Of a DNA stretch of 64,000 nt, positions 1 to 13,875 are shown in pieces. The notes below the pieces were generated by a model. It saw nothing but the letters and a program-made list of their open reading frames with translations, had not been told where the DNA came from and ran no database searches. Within the stretch, counting starts at the first letter, position 1. Each line of letters opens with the position of its first letter. Position numbers and translations under genes: made by a program. Origin of the DNA: Camelus dromedarius (taxonomy: Eukaryota); contig NC_087437.1 in NCBI RefSeq assembly GCF_036321535.1, positions 45,200,001 through 45,264,000 of the forward strand, written 5' to 3'.

Positions 1-1709
1 CCACTTGTGAGCTTTACAGAATTCTAACTTTCAAAACAGAAATTTCTAAATTTAGTTTTATCTATTATCTTAAAGAATGTTAAAAAAAACCCATAAAAAC
101 CTTTCAAATGCATATAGGCTGCTATAACTCCCAGAGGATTTCAAATGCCTGCCCTAAAAATGATACAAATATTTTATTTTCTGGAAAATGAGGTTCTGAA
201 ACACAGAAAATTATAAATTTTCCACCTACCTTATCCCCTTTTTTCATATACCTTTCCTCTTTACTGAATGAATTAAGTTATGTAAACGCATCATTCCAAA
301 TACAAGTCAGTCAGCATCACTTGGAATAAATACATGAAAAATACATATGATGTAAATGAATTAATGGGGAAAGTATCTTATTAGTATTTCTGGTTACTGT
401 GACACACATTAAAATTTGTTAGTTCTCAACCATCTTTAGAATAGATCTATTCTAACTTTCCCTCTACTGTATTCCATCAACTATTTATTTTGATAACTTT
501 ATATTATAATCATTTTTATTGCCATCTCAAATTCAGTTTCTAATGCTGCAAGACAGAGAAAGAGCAAGAATGAATAAAAGACAGATGGGTGATGATGGAG
601 CATCAAAGAGAGATTTGTTAGTTTCAGTCTCTTCTACACCCACTACATCCATCACTAGTGATATCCTGGTTCTAGCTTTTACATGCAGAGAACCTTCTCT
701 TCGGTACCAAGTAATAATAAGGTCTTTACACTGTCATACTGTTAAGAAAGCCTACTGAATTTCCAGATGGGCTTGGGAAGGCAAATTCCTCAAGCATGAC
801 CATAAATACGGCTCCCACATATGCTAAACCATGGCTAACTCTGACTTCTCTATGAATTATGAAGACACTGGAAACATTGTATGCCCAGCAACAGAGTGGA
901 CAAAATAGAAATCAGAAACAATGTACACAGTCATCACAGTTTCATAAGTAACCGGTAAGACAAATAATACACTTTTCTGGATTTTATTCCATGATTCTTA
1001 CCTACTGGTAAAATTCTCTCCATCTACCTCACTTTCTATTTAAGGAGAAGTCCATTATTTCAAGTTGTACATTAGCTTCTCAATTTTTACCAACAAGTAT
1101 GTGATTAATACAATGAAAACTATATTCTGAATATTAAACTTACTCCATTAGGAGATGATCTATCAAAACAAACAGTAAAAAAATAAATAAATAAATTTGA
1201 GTCAACAATTTCAAAACTAACCAAGTTCTAGAATACTTGAATCAACAGTATTGAATATTGTATCTTCATTTGACTCCCAAAATTCTCTTTGGATATAAAG
1301 TTCAAAACAGTTAACTTGAACATCAAGAATATTTTACCTCATTGTCTTGGGCTCACTACATTCAATTTTAGTTCTTTGAAAAAATGATTATGTGTTGACA
1401 AGACCCTCCATAATCTGCCTGTTTTAATTCACTGTTTTGGCTTCCATAATTACTTTGTTTCTACACTTAACAGGTGACTTTACCTTTATAGCTGTGGTAT
1501 TAGCAGTAACATTCAATTAACACTCACACTGTGAGCTACAATTATACTTCACTAACACCTAACTTCTACCTTCTGCTCTCTTGCTAAATGGTCGCGAATG
1601 TAACAGCTAATCTCTTCTTTGCACTTAATAATATTCCCAAATTGAAAGAAAATTCGCATCTTTAGAAGAAGTGTGGAATATTCTTGGATAAACATAGTAT
1701 GTAAAGCAA

Positions 1710-1850
1710 GTTAATCTGTCAACTAACAAGTATTTATCGATCACCAATATCAGTGTCAGAATCTATAAGGCAGGCCAGTGGAAGATGAGAGAAGCATAGA
1801 TGAAGTTTTCCTATTCTCAAGAAACTTACCAACTAATAAAAAGGAGACTG
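1710..1850 (-). mobile_element. L2 LINE 3'-end fragment (highly diverged)
   Basis: aactaacaagtatttatcgatcacc...ttcctattctcaagaaacttac resembles the reverse complement of the L2 3' terminus. Confidence 0.5.
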
Positions 1851-1984
1851 CAAACATGTATTGAAACACTCATTATAGGAAAAGTAGGAAAATAAGATTT
1901 GTGTAACTAACTATTGTGTATATTTTCTTCTTGAAATTTTGTATGTTTACATTTTACCTTTAGAGATATTATCCATTTTGAGTA

Positions 1985-2125
1985 GTGCTCTCGGTTTTTG
2001 TTTAAGTGAAATTACATCACATGTTCTTTTTTGTGGTTGGCCCTTTTTACTAAGCAAAAAGGTTTTGAGATTCATCCATGTTATTTTACATACCAGTAAT
2101 TGCTTTTTTATCCTGGGTAATAAAT
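1985..2125 (-). mobile_element. Old L1 (L1MC/ME-type) 3' fragment
   Basis: ttttgagattcatccatgtt motif typical of antisense L1 3' UTR/ORF2 end. Confidence 0.6.
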
Positions 2126-2829
2126 AACAATACTATTTAAGCAATTATATTTTGGGTCTCAGTTACTCAGCTAATCCTATTTCTAAATATTGTAATCAGT
2201 TGTGGTTGTATTCAGGAATTACTTAATTATGGGATATTATATTTCTGAAGAATATTGCATCCTATGGAATGCCCAGGGAGAGGTAGAAGACTGGATCCCA
2301 GGAAGAAAGTAATGATGGGAATACAGTCATCAAGAGGGAGCAGATAGTATTCATGCTGTAGAGATTTGAAAAGGGCTAGTCTCTGGTAGAAAAGGGGGAT
2401 AGAATATATGAAAGCAAGGTTTGAAGTTCAGGTTTATCCTTAAATATATCTGGTATGAATAGTTTACACATCCTTTGTTCCTCTTGGAACAAACCATACT
2501 CTTTTTGCTTTACACTTAAATTCTCTTTAGGTATTCTGAAGAATCCCACTTTGTTTTCAGAGACTAAAGAACAGATAAAATGATCTTTCTACACATCAAC
2601 CATTGTGCTGAGGAAATCTTGATATTTACAAGGGGGAATTTTGAAATTTAAGACAATATCTAGCAACTAAATAAGCAGAGCCCCAACAGTAAGACATTCA
2701 TGGTTAATTATTTATTATTGTTAGGTTTACTTTGAACATTTTTCTCGTAGGAGGACTCTAGACCAATAGGTCCATTTTTCTAAGCTAAACCCCTCATCCT
2801 GATGCTAGTTAAACCTTCGACTAAAGAGA

Positions 2830-3640
2830 ATTGAATATTACCTCAAATCTAACATGTCCCAAACTGAGTTTTTGTTATTTTTTCCTAGACGTATTTATTC
2901 TGCAGTCTTCTCCATCTCACAATTATTTGCTACTGTGTCTATTTTCTCAGACCAAAGATCTTGTGGTCATCCTTGTCTACTCTTGTCTTATACCCTACAT
3001 GTAAACAACTGGCCCTCCCTTCAAACTATACCTAAAATTCAAACATATCTTATGACTCTATTTATAGCCCCCAATCCAAGTGATCATCTTTTTGAATTTA
3101 ATGTTTTCAAGTTTTTCTGCTTCCACTCTTGTCTAACTTTAATGTAATGTCACAAAGCAGACAATATCACCTTGTCAAACTAAATCAAAGCATTCCACAC
3201 TTTTCTGCTCAAAACTTCCAATGTTAAGCATTTCTCTCACAGTAAACTATAAGGGCATTCCTTTGATCCACAGAGTTCTAAATGAATAATGCCCCCATTA
3301 TTTCTTTGACTCTTTCCTGCTCTACTATTTCTAAGTCCCTCTGCTTAGAAGGATCTCCTCAAGATACTCTCATGCTCATTTCTCTCATGGTCAAAGTCAT
3401 TAGGACTCTACTCAAGTGTCATCTTTTCAGAAGCCTTCCCTGGTCATTCTGCCTAAAATTGTAATCCTCTCTAACTTATCTTACCATTTTTTCCTCCTTA
3501 GCAGCATCACTACATAACACAACACTTATCTTCTTGTTGATCTTATTTATTGTCTGTTTCTTCCACAAAAATATCAGCTCCATGAAGGTAAAGATGTTTA
3601 GATATTGAATACAATGGTGCCCAGGCAATCAGAAAGTATA
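2830..3640 (+). mobile_element. L2 LINE (L2a-like) 3' portion
   Basis: cctcaaatctaacatgtcccaaactga...gtcatccttg...ctcaagtgtcatcttttcagaagccttccctg...agctccatgaagg follows the L2 consensus in order. Confidence 0.8.
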
Positions 3641-3858
3641 TTTTTAAATAAACTACCATATAATGCTTTGAAAAGTTCATCACCAACTCCAACAGAGTGA
3701 AAGTCATCAGGCATACACTGTATTGCAGATAAGTTAATCATAAAGAAGACTGAAGCTACCACAATTAACCTGATTGATTAGTCTTCAGACTAAAATCTGC
3801 CTACCACAGAAAATAAAAGTACAAACTAAACTTTTATGAAATATAAATCAAATACTCC

Positions 3859-4320
3859 TGGGGTAGTCAGAATAATGTCTCCCACCAAAGATAGCCACAC
3901 CACAATCCCCGGAAACTGTGAATAAATTATCTTACATGGCAAAGGGAATTTTGCAAATGTCATTAAGGACCTTGAAAAGAGATTATTTTCCAGGTCAGTT
4001 GAATCTAACACCATCGGTCCTACAAAGTGGAGATCTTTCCCAGTTACGGTCAGAGAGATGAAATGTTGCTGGCTTTGAAGGTAGAAGAAGGGACCAGGAG
4101 CCAAGGAATGTGAGAGGCTTCTAGGAGATGGAGAAGGTAGGAAAAGTGATACCCCTTTAAAGTTTCCAGAAGAAACACAGCACTGTTGCTATTTTTATTT
4201 CAGCCCTGTAAGATCTATGTCAGGCTTCTAATCTACAGAACTGTAAGATAATAATTTGGTGTTGTTTTAAGCCACTAGTTTTGTGGTCATTTGTTACAGC
4301 AGCAATAGAAAGTTAATAAA
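3859..4320 (+). mobile_element. Solo MaLR LTR, MLT1D-like
   Basis: Starts TGgggtagtcagaataat, contains cttacatggcaaagggaattttgca and gagccaaggaatg, ends tttgttacagcagcaatagaaagttaataaa; flanked by 5-bp TSD-like actcc (3854-3858) / actct (4321-4325). Confidence 0.9.
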
Positions 4321-4629
4321 ACTCTTAAATACAACATCAGCAAACTGAATTCAACAACATAACATATTTATCTATTAGTATATTTTAAAATGAAAAATGA
4401 TATTTATATATTATATTTTAAAATACCCTAGGCATTTCAAATGTGGACGGAGGATTGAAAAACACTGGTTTAAAATACCTCAAAAATGAAAAAAAAAATG
4501 CTGATGTGCTTGGAGATGAATGGGTATGAAGGAAAGTGGCATAAGATCAGAGAAATAGGAAAGTGACAGATCATATACAGTTATAAGCCATGACAAGAAT
4601 TTCAGATTTTTCTTCTCAGTAAGAAGGGA

Positions 4630-5040
4630 AAGGATCCACCAACAGCAGGTTGTTTAAATAAACTACGGTACACCTGAACAATGGAAAACTACATAACTGT
4701 AAAAAAGTGAAGAAATTATCTATGAATTGGTATGAGTAGAGCCCCAGAATATACTGTCAAGTGAAAAAATGAGACCACAGTGGAGAATATGGAGTATGCT
4801 ACTTTTATATGTAGTAACACAGGGGAAATAAAAATATATACTTGTGTCTGTGTAAAGAAATAATCCAGAGATATAAAGGGAAAAAAAGTGATTTTCCATA
4901 GTGGGAAGGAAAACATGATGAATAGGACAAAGGTACAGCCAGATTTCTCAAGTTTATTTTATGTTGTTTTGACTTTTGGAAACTGGAAAACTATTACCCT
5001 TAATGAAAAACAAACAAAAATAAATTTAAACAAATAAACA
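4630..5040 (+). mobile_element. Old L1 (L1MC/ME-type) 3' fragment
   Basis: aaataaactacggtacacctgaacaatggaaaactac...atatactgtcaagtgaaaaaa is L1 ORF2-end/3' UTR-like, followed by an A-rich tail. Confidence 0.7.
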
Positions 5041-6414
5041 GGATATTTAAGAAAGCAGAAAATTTTTCTCTAACAGATATATAACAATTGAACATATAAA
5101 GATAACATTTTCCTAGATGTCATGCATACGTTGTTTCAGTTTTATGACCTTGTTTATTTAATGTGACTTTTACATATTAACTTAGCTTACAAAGTGATAC
5201 TTGTTACAGTCCTAGTTCATCAAGTAAATACATCTGATGAATAATTTCAGATGGTGAAAATAAAGGTGTTATAACTACCTATAATATCTGTGATCAATTC
5301 ATGTTAATATAACACTCCACGCACATCCAAATTCTATATGCCTAGTCTACAGGTTAGTTACACCGATTAAATTATTTAAGCAAGTTTGTGTTCCAAATAC
5401 AAATATACAGACAATTGATCAATGTTCTCCAAGTCTTTTATAGAAAATCAGACCTATTATTAAATGTGCTAATTTTTTTGAAAATGACATTTTAGTGTTG
5501 TGCAAACGCTACAGGAGATGAGTACAAAACTGCAATCTATGCAATTGCCATAAATATGCTTCTTATTTTTTAGTGTCATAAGTAAAATAATATTATTTGA
5601 AGAAATAAAACAATTTTATAAGTTATCTGTTGATGAATATTTATTTAATATCAGCATTATTATTTGAGTATGCAGTCAATTTCCTTAGAGAAAATAAGAC
5701 AGTTTTCTCAAGGATTAAACTTGTCCTTCTATAAATATTCTTTACATAAGATTTTGTCTTATTTTTTATCTTTGTATATTTTATGTAAATAACCTCACAC
5801 AACTTTCTATTCTGTGAGATTTACCAGAATAATTTTTAGCTATTTATATTTTGGCATCTTCCTGTCCTGCTTTAAATTTCTATGTATAAACTTCCCTTTG
5901 AGCACTGTAATCTATACTTCAAAATGGATATATTTAGAAGTTGTATAAAAGACAAACAATTAAGATTTTGATGGTATTATCAGCAACCAGTTTGGGTCAG
6001 AAGTGTCAGTCGTACAGGTAACCAAAGGAAACTTAGTATTCACACATGCTATTTATAACTTATTAAACTATTTTTCTGATTTATTCATCACTGAGCTTCT
6101 ATTATCTCTGTCGCTCCCTCCTAGAACACTTTCATTTTTGTTCATTAGTTTAAGCTCAAGTGTTTCTGAATGTCTAAACTTATACAGTTCATAGGCTTCT
6201 TCAGCAGTGAAAATGAGAAGACATTTTCTCCACAATGCCTTGATGTCTTTCAAAAAACTTATCACTTGATATTATATAGAATTGGTAGATGATAAAAAGC
6301 TTTTATTTTGAAAACTTTAAAATATAGGCAGAAGCAAATGAGTCTCCAACTACTTTCAACCACTTTTTAAATTGTCAACATTTTCCATTCTTGTTTTGTC
6401 AATACTCTTATTCT

Positions 6415-6770
6415 ATTTATCTATCTATCTATCTGTCTATCTATCTATCTATCTATTTATTATTTATTTATTTTTATTGAAGTAGAGTCAGTTTACAGTG
6501 TTATGTCAATTTCTGGTGTACAGTATAATGCCTCACGTACACCAGATGTACATATGTATATAATATATACATATATTTCTTTTCATATTCTATTTCATTA
6601 TATGTTACTACAAGATATTGGATATAGTTCCCTGTGTTATACAGTATAAACTTTTTGTTTATCTGTTTTATATACAGTAGTTAGTATCTGCAAATCTCAA
6701 ACTCCCAATTTATCCCTCCCCACCATTCCTTCCCGCCCTGGTAACCATAAATTTGCTTCCTATGTCTGTG
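6415..6770 (-). mobile_element. 5'-truncated L1 3' end (camelid/artiodactyl type); tail partly converted to (TAGA)n
   Basis: ttttattgaagtagagtcagtttacagtg...atctgcaaatctcaaactcccaatttatccc...ctggtaaccataa; same family as 25333-25696; TSD-like aatactcttattct (6401-6414) / aatattctcattct (6771-6784). Confidence 0.85.
6418..6457. repeat. (TATC)n microsatellite
   Basis: About 9 units of tcta/tatc with one tctg interruption, read directly. Confidence 0.95.
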
Positions 6771-9700
6771 AATATTCTCATTCTTATACTTGACCCATTC
6801 TTGAATTTTGTGAAGTACAGTATAGACAATCTGATTCAATACAGTTACCAAAAATCAATGGCTGAATAAGCAGTGTTAAAGATTCTGGTGGCCTGTGGAC
6901 TACTAAGAACTTCTTAGAATTTTGCTGGTTATTTAAAAGTACATATTTTACTGTGGTACTTTATTCAGCAATTACTGTGGTTTTATTATTATGGTAGGGC
7001 AAGAATGAGTACACATGCACACACAAGCGCACACACTCAGTTTTTATGTGTGCGGGTCAGCAATGCAATCATTTGTTCCATAGCAGGCTCATGGTGTCGT
7101 TAGATATATACACGATTATCCTTAGAGATTCTAAAGTTTTAGAATTGTATTTAGAAAAAAATGTACATTTAGTTCAAGATTTTTCCTTTTTGTTCATAAA
7201 TATAAAAATTCTTTTATACACCTACATAGGAAAACCTTGGGATATTTATTCACTTGACAATTGCTGAGAGCAGGAAAAATAGGGCCATGGGAACAAAAAT
7301 GACATTATAATACAAAAATTCTGGAGGGAATGTGAGCAGAGTCCACATTAGATGCTGGAGGTCCACAGATTAACCACTTCTGTGGCAGCAGGAACTTTGT
7401 GGAGATGATTAAAGCTGCTCAACAGAGCTTCTTGGTGAGTGGCATGATGAGTAAGGGACTTCACATTAGCCACTGCCCGTATCTTTGAAATTGTGGCTCA
7501 AAGCTATACCAGATCCTCTCCCCTGCTACTCTCACAGCTTTCCAGACATTCATGGTGTAACAGGTATTAAGGCTCTCTAATACGGGTTTTCACCAATTCA
7601 TAACTCCCCTCAGTGGGGAAACTTGCCTCACTAGAACGTACGCAAAGAAACATAAAATTGCCAACCAATTCTTTTCATCAAATGACAGAACTGGTATGAC
7701 ATTATTTTTCAAAACAATGAATATCTGGGGATGTAGTCAACTATTAGAAGGAGCCCATGGTTTTGTAAATTGATCAAAGTTAGCCTTTGCTCAATAAACT
7801 ACTGAATAATGTACTGTTGTTTCCCAATATATCCACAACTATGATAAAAATCCAGATTCATTTTAAAATTGCTGAATTTACTGTGGAGTTTTCATTAAGT
7901 ATATCTCAACCAAGAGATACAAAAGTATTATTAGCAAGTGTGGAGACTCACACAATAAAAGATAGAGAAGGCTGCTAGGATAATGAAGCAAGCAGATGAA
8001 AATCAGAAACTCTAAAGAAACTGGTAGAGCAGGGAAGTATCAGCTACACAGGTTTTAAAATCTCAGAGCAAATATCTGTGGTTAACTTATTACCTTCTAC
8101 TAAAATGCATGCATGTATATGCAAATACAGTAAATATCCAGAATGCATAAAAGTTGTATTACTGATTAAAGAAAGACCCAAATCTATGAAGACTATTTAA
8201 AATTTATACTACTTCCTCTATTACATGAAGCTGAACTGAAAATACTAAATGATCCTTTGAAGCAATTAAATATTCTATAAATGTAAAATAAAATTATTTA
8301 TAAATCTCTAGCAACCATTTTTGATGCTTTTCAAATTTCAATAGTATTTTTTTCCACCAGACTGAAAACATCTGTGTTGTTTGAAGCAAAAAGTAGTTTT
8401 ACAAATATCATTTTCTTTCCCTCTCTCCCCCTCTCTTTTGTTTGCATATGAAATTTATGGAATATTTTTCATTTCCATATCAGAGCAACAGCAAATTCAA
8501 TATTATACTTTTTATTTTTCCAAGATTCCTCTTATCTAAATGAAAACTATGCTTTTTTCCCTTAAGATTTCTTCACTTTTAAAGACAGGAAAAGTTATTG
8601 GTTTTCTTTAGGTGTGTCTTTTCCCATAAAACCATGAGATTTTATCACTACACATGTTACATACATGGAACAAGTAGAATAAAATGAAGCCACACTGAGC
8701 CACAGATGTCAGACAGTGAACTAGGACTGCGCACCACACATGCATACCCATGCGTATGAAAATTCACACCACAAGCCAGCCCACGGCAGATGAGATTAAG
8801 TCTGCCTCAGGGCTATTACAGGCTGTCACATATCATGGAAGTTCAGCATGCATCTGGACGATCCAAATGTTTTAATAAGCCTATTCAAAGGATTCACTAT
8901 GTCTATAGTAATGAGGAAAAGAACTAACAGGGCTCACTGAAACACAAACACTATCTAAGAATTCAATTTAACAATTGGTAGTAAGTCTCTTCTGAGGCCG
9001 AGAGAAGAAAAAGAAGGTTCCAGACAACATATCGGCTTTCTAACCATCCTGATTGCTCTACTTTGTGCTTGTTCTCTAGTACCATAGTTTATAGATTTAG
9101 CTAAATTGTTTTCCATAATCGTGGTTCTCACAAGCTTTTCAGAGTTAGGTTTACAATATACATTAAAAAGTTAAAAAAAAAATGAGTCAAATAGATATCA
9201 TTGCTGGTGAAGTTTCCAGCTTATTATTCAGGGAGGAGCAGGGAAAACAACTCTTGATTAAGGTTCTTTTGTTTCTATCAGTATAAAAATGCATTTCCTT
9301 TTTTCTCCTGACCCATTTCTAAGTATAGCAGTTTAAAATTTCCCGTCACAGTATTATCCTAATCAGTCAAGTGAAATCTAATTCTAATAGACCTCCCAGA
9401 GTGCTTTTGATTATCAAGGTGAAACCAGGATCAGATTCTTTGTCTCTAATTAATAACTAAATTCCCTTCTTCTGAAGAGAGGAGTTGAAGAATTGTTGCA
9501 GTCTAGTCTACCAATCCAAAATTTAAGAAAACAGAGAAGGTTGTCATGTCAGCAGTTGAATTTTGCAAACAAAGCAAAGGTCAGATGCATTTCTTTTCCC
9601 TCTCATTAAACAAACTGAAAAAGGATTTGAATTAAGTCAAACAGTTGAGGATTGCTGAATACAAGCTAGAGAAGAAAAATGAGGAAAATGAAAATGTACA

Positions 9701-11905
9701 TTCAATGTGGAGCACTAAGACTTAGTTATTTGTCCACTGCAACAGTTTAGAGAAACAAACTTTTGAAGATTTAGTTTAATTGGTGCTCACTGTTGAATTT
9801 TCCAGCGGTTCTTTGGTTCCTTTCCAGTTATTTCTAAAGGTTTTGGACTAGATCATTATTACTTCTAAAGCAGAGTTCAATTCTCTAAATGTAGTCATTT
9901 CATTAAATGAGGCTTTTTCATGCAAAAGAAAAAAAAAAGTAGATAAATAAAAAGGAGTCCAGAGGTAGCTTATAAGTCATTTCCTTAATTTCATCAAATA
10001 TTTCTCTAGATGCTGAAGTGAAAAGTATATGCTGTGTTAATTGCTAACAGAGCTTCACCTTTTCCTCTCTGTTCCTGTTTTGGTCTTTTTTTCCCAGCAG
10101 GGCCTTCCCTTTTCTCCCTTCTCTCTGTTCCTTAACTCTCCAAATAGGTACCTGATTGCAACCACACTTGATTTAAGAAAAACTGAAAAAAATGTTAAAA
10201 CCTTTGGGTCTAATCCTGCACAGAAGACACAACTTAACAAGGAGAAAGATGAAAGGGAAGCGGAAAGGGCTGGCAAAAAAAGTAAGGCACAACACAGGGG
10301 CAGGTCAGGACTCTGAAACGGAATGCGATTCACATGAACCTTTAAAAAAAGCCTCATACTTTCAAAAATAAATTTTCCTTTGAAAAAATTCTACAAAAAA
10401 GTTTGTCTGTTTCTTTCATCTCCTGATTCTTCAGTGAATCTGAAATACTCCCTCAAGAGAGGGATGAAAAAAAGGACATTTTATTCCATATTAGGAGTTA
10501 AATTGAGAAATGAAATTGTTCTTACAAGCCAAACGGTAGTATAGTTGAACATTATTTCTTACTAAATCTCACAAGGTAGCAAGGAACACATTGGCTGTTT
10601 AACTGCACATGTTTTAAGGTTTTTAGACAGTGTTAGCAAATCTGTATACAGTATGCTGACTTGGGTGGAGTTTGAGGTCATTAAACAATATATTTAGATA
10701 AAAGCTTTTATATTTTCACAAATGCAAAGTACTTGGGAACTGACATAAAGATACTGAAGTTAGTTCTTCTAATTGAAAAATTTTAATAATCCGGTGTGCA
10801 AGGTCATTCCTGATTTGGCCTATTATTGTCTATTTTCCATCCTACCCACTTCCAACACAATCCTCTACTCTTTTATTATCAGGTTGACTACGAGCCTTAG
10901 CGTGTATACGATCATTTGATCATTTCCATTAACTTACTCCTTCGTCTTTCATTCACTCGTGGGTTACTGTGTTACTGCCCTTTCATTGTATACACTTTCT
11001 CTTCTTATCAGTGTGTTAGGAGAAAACTGAACAGAAATGACTATGACAGGATCTCTGCTAATGAAAGTGGCACATGAACTAAATTTACAACACAAGAGAA
11101 ACGTGAGTAAAATACCAAGAGATTGCAAGAGGAAGGAAATGTTGGTTCTGAGTTGCAGATTGCTGGGCATCAGAGAAGACTCAGAGCAAGCAACATTGGG
11201 ATGGGTCTTGAAGATGAGGAAAGGCAGACTACATTGAGCATCTCACAAGGCTGAGGCACGAACAAGGCACTGGCCGAACATAGCACACAACCTACATAGA
11301 CTTCATCATTTTGCTGAATTTTCCTTAACATTATCCTGGGAAACCCATGGATACCAGAGTCTCCAAACATGGAAGTCTGCAACGTGGCTCAGATATCCAC
11401 ATATTCCAAAAACGATTCTTAAACTACAACTTTCAAATAGCTGAATCAACTGATTCTCAGGCAAATATAGAAAAAAAAATGTTAAAATTTTATTTAACTC
11501 GTTGATTCATAAGAGTTTCAGTAAAATGACAGTATGACTGACTCAAATTATAGCTGAGAAGCTAGGCTATTTATAGGATGTTAGATTCATTGAGTAGGTT
11601 ACCAAATTGGTTACTAGCCACCAGAGCTGTGAAACACAGTCTCTACGGTTATGTGCTCCACAGAACAGAAATTATTTATATCTCTACTGGACAAAAATCT
11701 ACAAGCTAACCGTTAACTTCAACATATCTGAGAGTTTAATCAATGGTAAATGGTGAATCAAACTAAGTGCATTTACCTAAATAATTTTCAGTGCTCTTTG
11801 CCCTAGTATAACACTGAAAGGGTCTATCAATCACTTTTGCCTTATTTTTCAATTTTGGACGATTTTTTAGACAGTGTACATAAAATTCTCATTTACAGCC
11901 AATGT

Positions 11906-12336
11906 CGGAAAGACCTAAACTTGGAGTTTCTATGACTACCACAAGCCAGTGCACGCCACATTTCTCATCTTGTTACGTGATATAGGTGGTATCAAGAGTG
12001 GCGTGTGGAAGACGGTTGATGTTGGGATTGGAGTTCTGGAAGCATTAAAATCAGAGGCTTCAGGACTGTAGCAGAGGTGAGAAAAACACCTTTCTGAGAG
12101 GTCCATGAAGAGCTAATCCCACCCTGACTATTTGTTTTATATAAGATGACAATACATTTTTTACTGACAAACCTTATGATATTAATTTTAAATTGACTCA
12201 AATAATGAATTATCTCGAAATGGCAGGTTTAAACGGCCTCTTTTTCTAGACTTAATAAAATACTGAAAAAAATTCTTTGAACTACTGATTTGATTAATAC
12301 AATAAATTACATATGCATTTATCATGGTATATATGA
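11906..12336 (+). repeat. Local duplication, copy 1 (non-TE-looking donor of 14504-14938)
   Basis: Collinear match to 14504-14938, e.g. tatgactaccacaagcc, gtggaagacggttga, gggattggagttctggaagcat, tcagaggcttcaggactgt, ctcaaataatgaatta. Confidence 0.95.
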
Positions 12337-13875
12337 TGAATTTGAAGAACGATCACAGGAGCTTCAAAGTGACACAAAGGTCATATACATCGCAATGTGA
12401 ATCATGCGTATTCTAAATTACAGGTGGAAAATTATCAAACTTTTTTTTTCAGAGTTCCCAAGGTAACCTTGAAACTTCTGCATTTCTTTCCAAAAGTAAG
12501 ATTAGCAATTTGTAGAAAGTAATATCTATTTGAGATATTAAATAAGAAAAAAATGGGATTTAATAAACTACACATCTCCAAATCAGAACTGCTTCTTATG
12601 GCAAAGGTTAGGTTGAAGGGTACTATAAATTCAAATATGAACTAATAATCAGAATCTTACAAAATAACTTGGCAGGGACCCAAAATGAACTTTGAAATAT
12701 GTTTAGTAGGAAAATTGGGCAACTGATGGCTATATCTTCTTAACTAATGAAAAGTGAAGGTTTGCAAAAATCACAGTAATAATTTATTCCACAGAAATAT
12801 AATGAAATATTAAGGGAATAGGGAACAATTTTAATATAATCATAGATCACACGAATACAGAATGTAGCTGAGTATATACTGATTCCACAAGCATTTACAA
12901 CAGGGTGCTACATGTTAAATAAAACCACCAGTATTTTTTATTCACATTCTCTATCAGTCAAATAGTTGCAGATTTTCTACAAGAACAGCATCAACAATAG
13001 CAGCATTTGATCAGATTGAAAAATTGGATTGTTTTCAACCTATTTGCAGTGAAAATGGTATCACAGAATGCTCAATGAGACAGATTAGCTTTCCTGGTGG
13101 TTTAAGATGCACTGTCTAACCTATTTCTCATTCCCTCAACACAAAAGAATGAAAGATACTCAATATATGTCCCCTGACAATTTGGATACGTCTGAAAAAA
13201 ATGTGTAGAACTTGGCCTCATTTTTCATCCAGGCATTTCTTAAGCTTGACACTTGCCAAACTGCCCTTTGTTAACTATGAAAATGCCATAGTATGTTTTA
13301 GATTCCGGAGTCATCCTTAGGCCACCTCCACAATGGATGTGCACAGGAGCTCCCAGCTGGACCCCGTGGCTCTGCAAGAGGGAGTATGTATTTACCTGAG
13401 GAAGAAACTTTTGCTTTGCCTTGATCTCTACTTAGCCAACTCAGATAACTGCACCTCGGAAGGTGATGAGGCATGGGGCAGCACTGGTTGGAGAGGAATG
13501 GGAATGAGTTTGTCTCCCTGGGTCCTTTATGGACTAGTGAAGTGAAACTGGGTGCTGCCTAGGAAAACCACATGTGCCAGATATGCCAAAATTCCTAGAC
13601 AACTGTTATTTGTACCAAATGGAAGAAAGACACTAGATAAGTCTCTTACTCCAACGTCACCCAATAGATAAGCTCTTTATAACAATAACAGTTGAGAGCA
13701 AAGGGGGAACAAACCCAAACAATAACTAGCTTCACAAATTTTCTCTCCTTAGATAGGCCATCACTCAAGCAAGTGGACGCACTTGCTTTCAAACAAAAGC
13801 GAACAAAATGAAGGAAAACAGCCATTAGGAGAGAAATTTCTGAGGATGAAATTATAAATTGGACAGAAACTAGAG

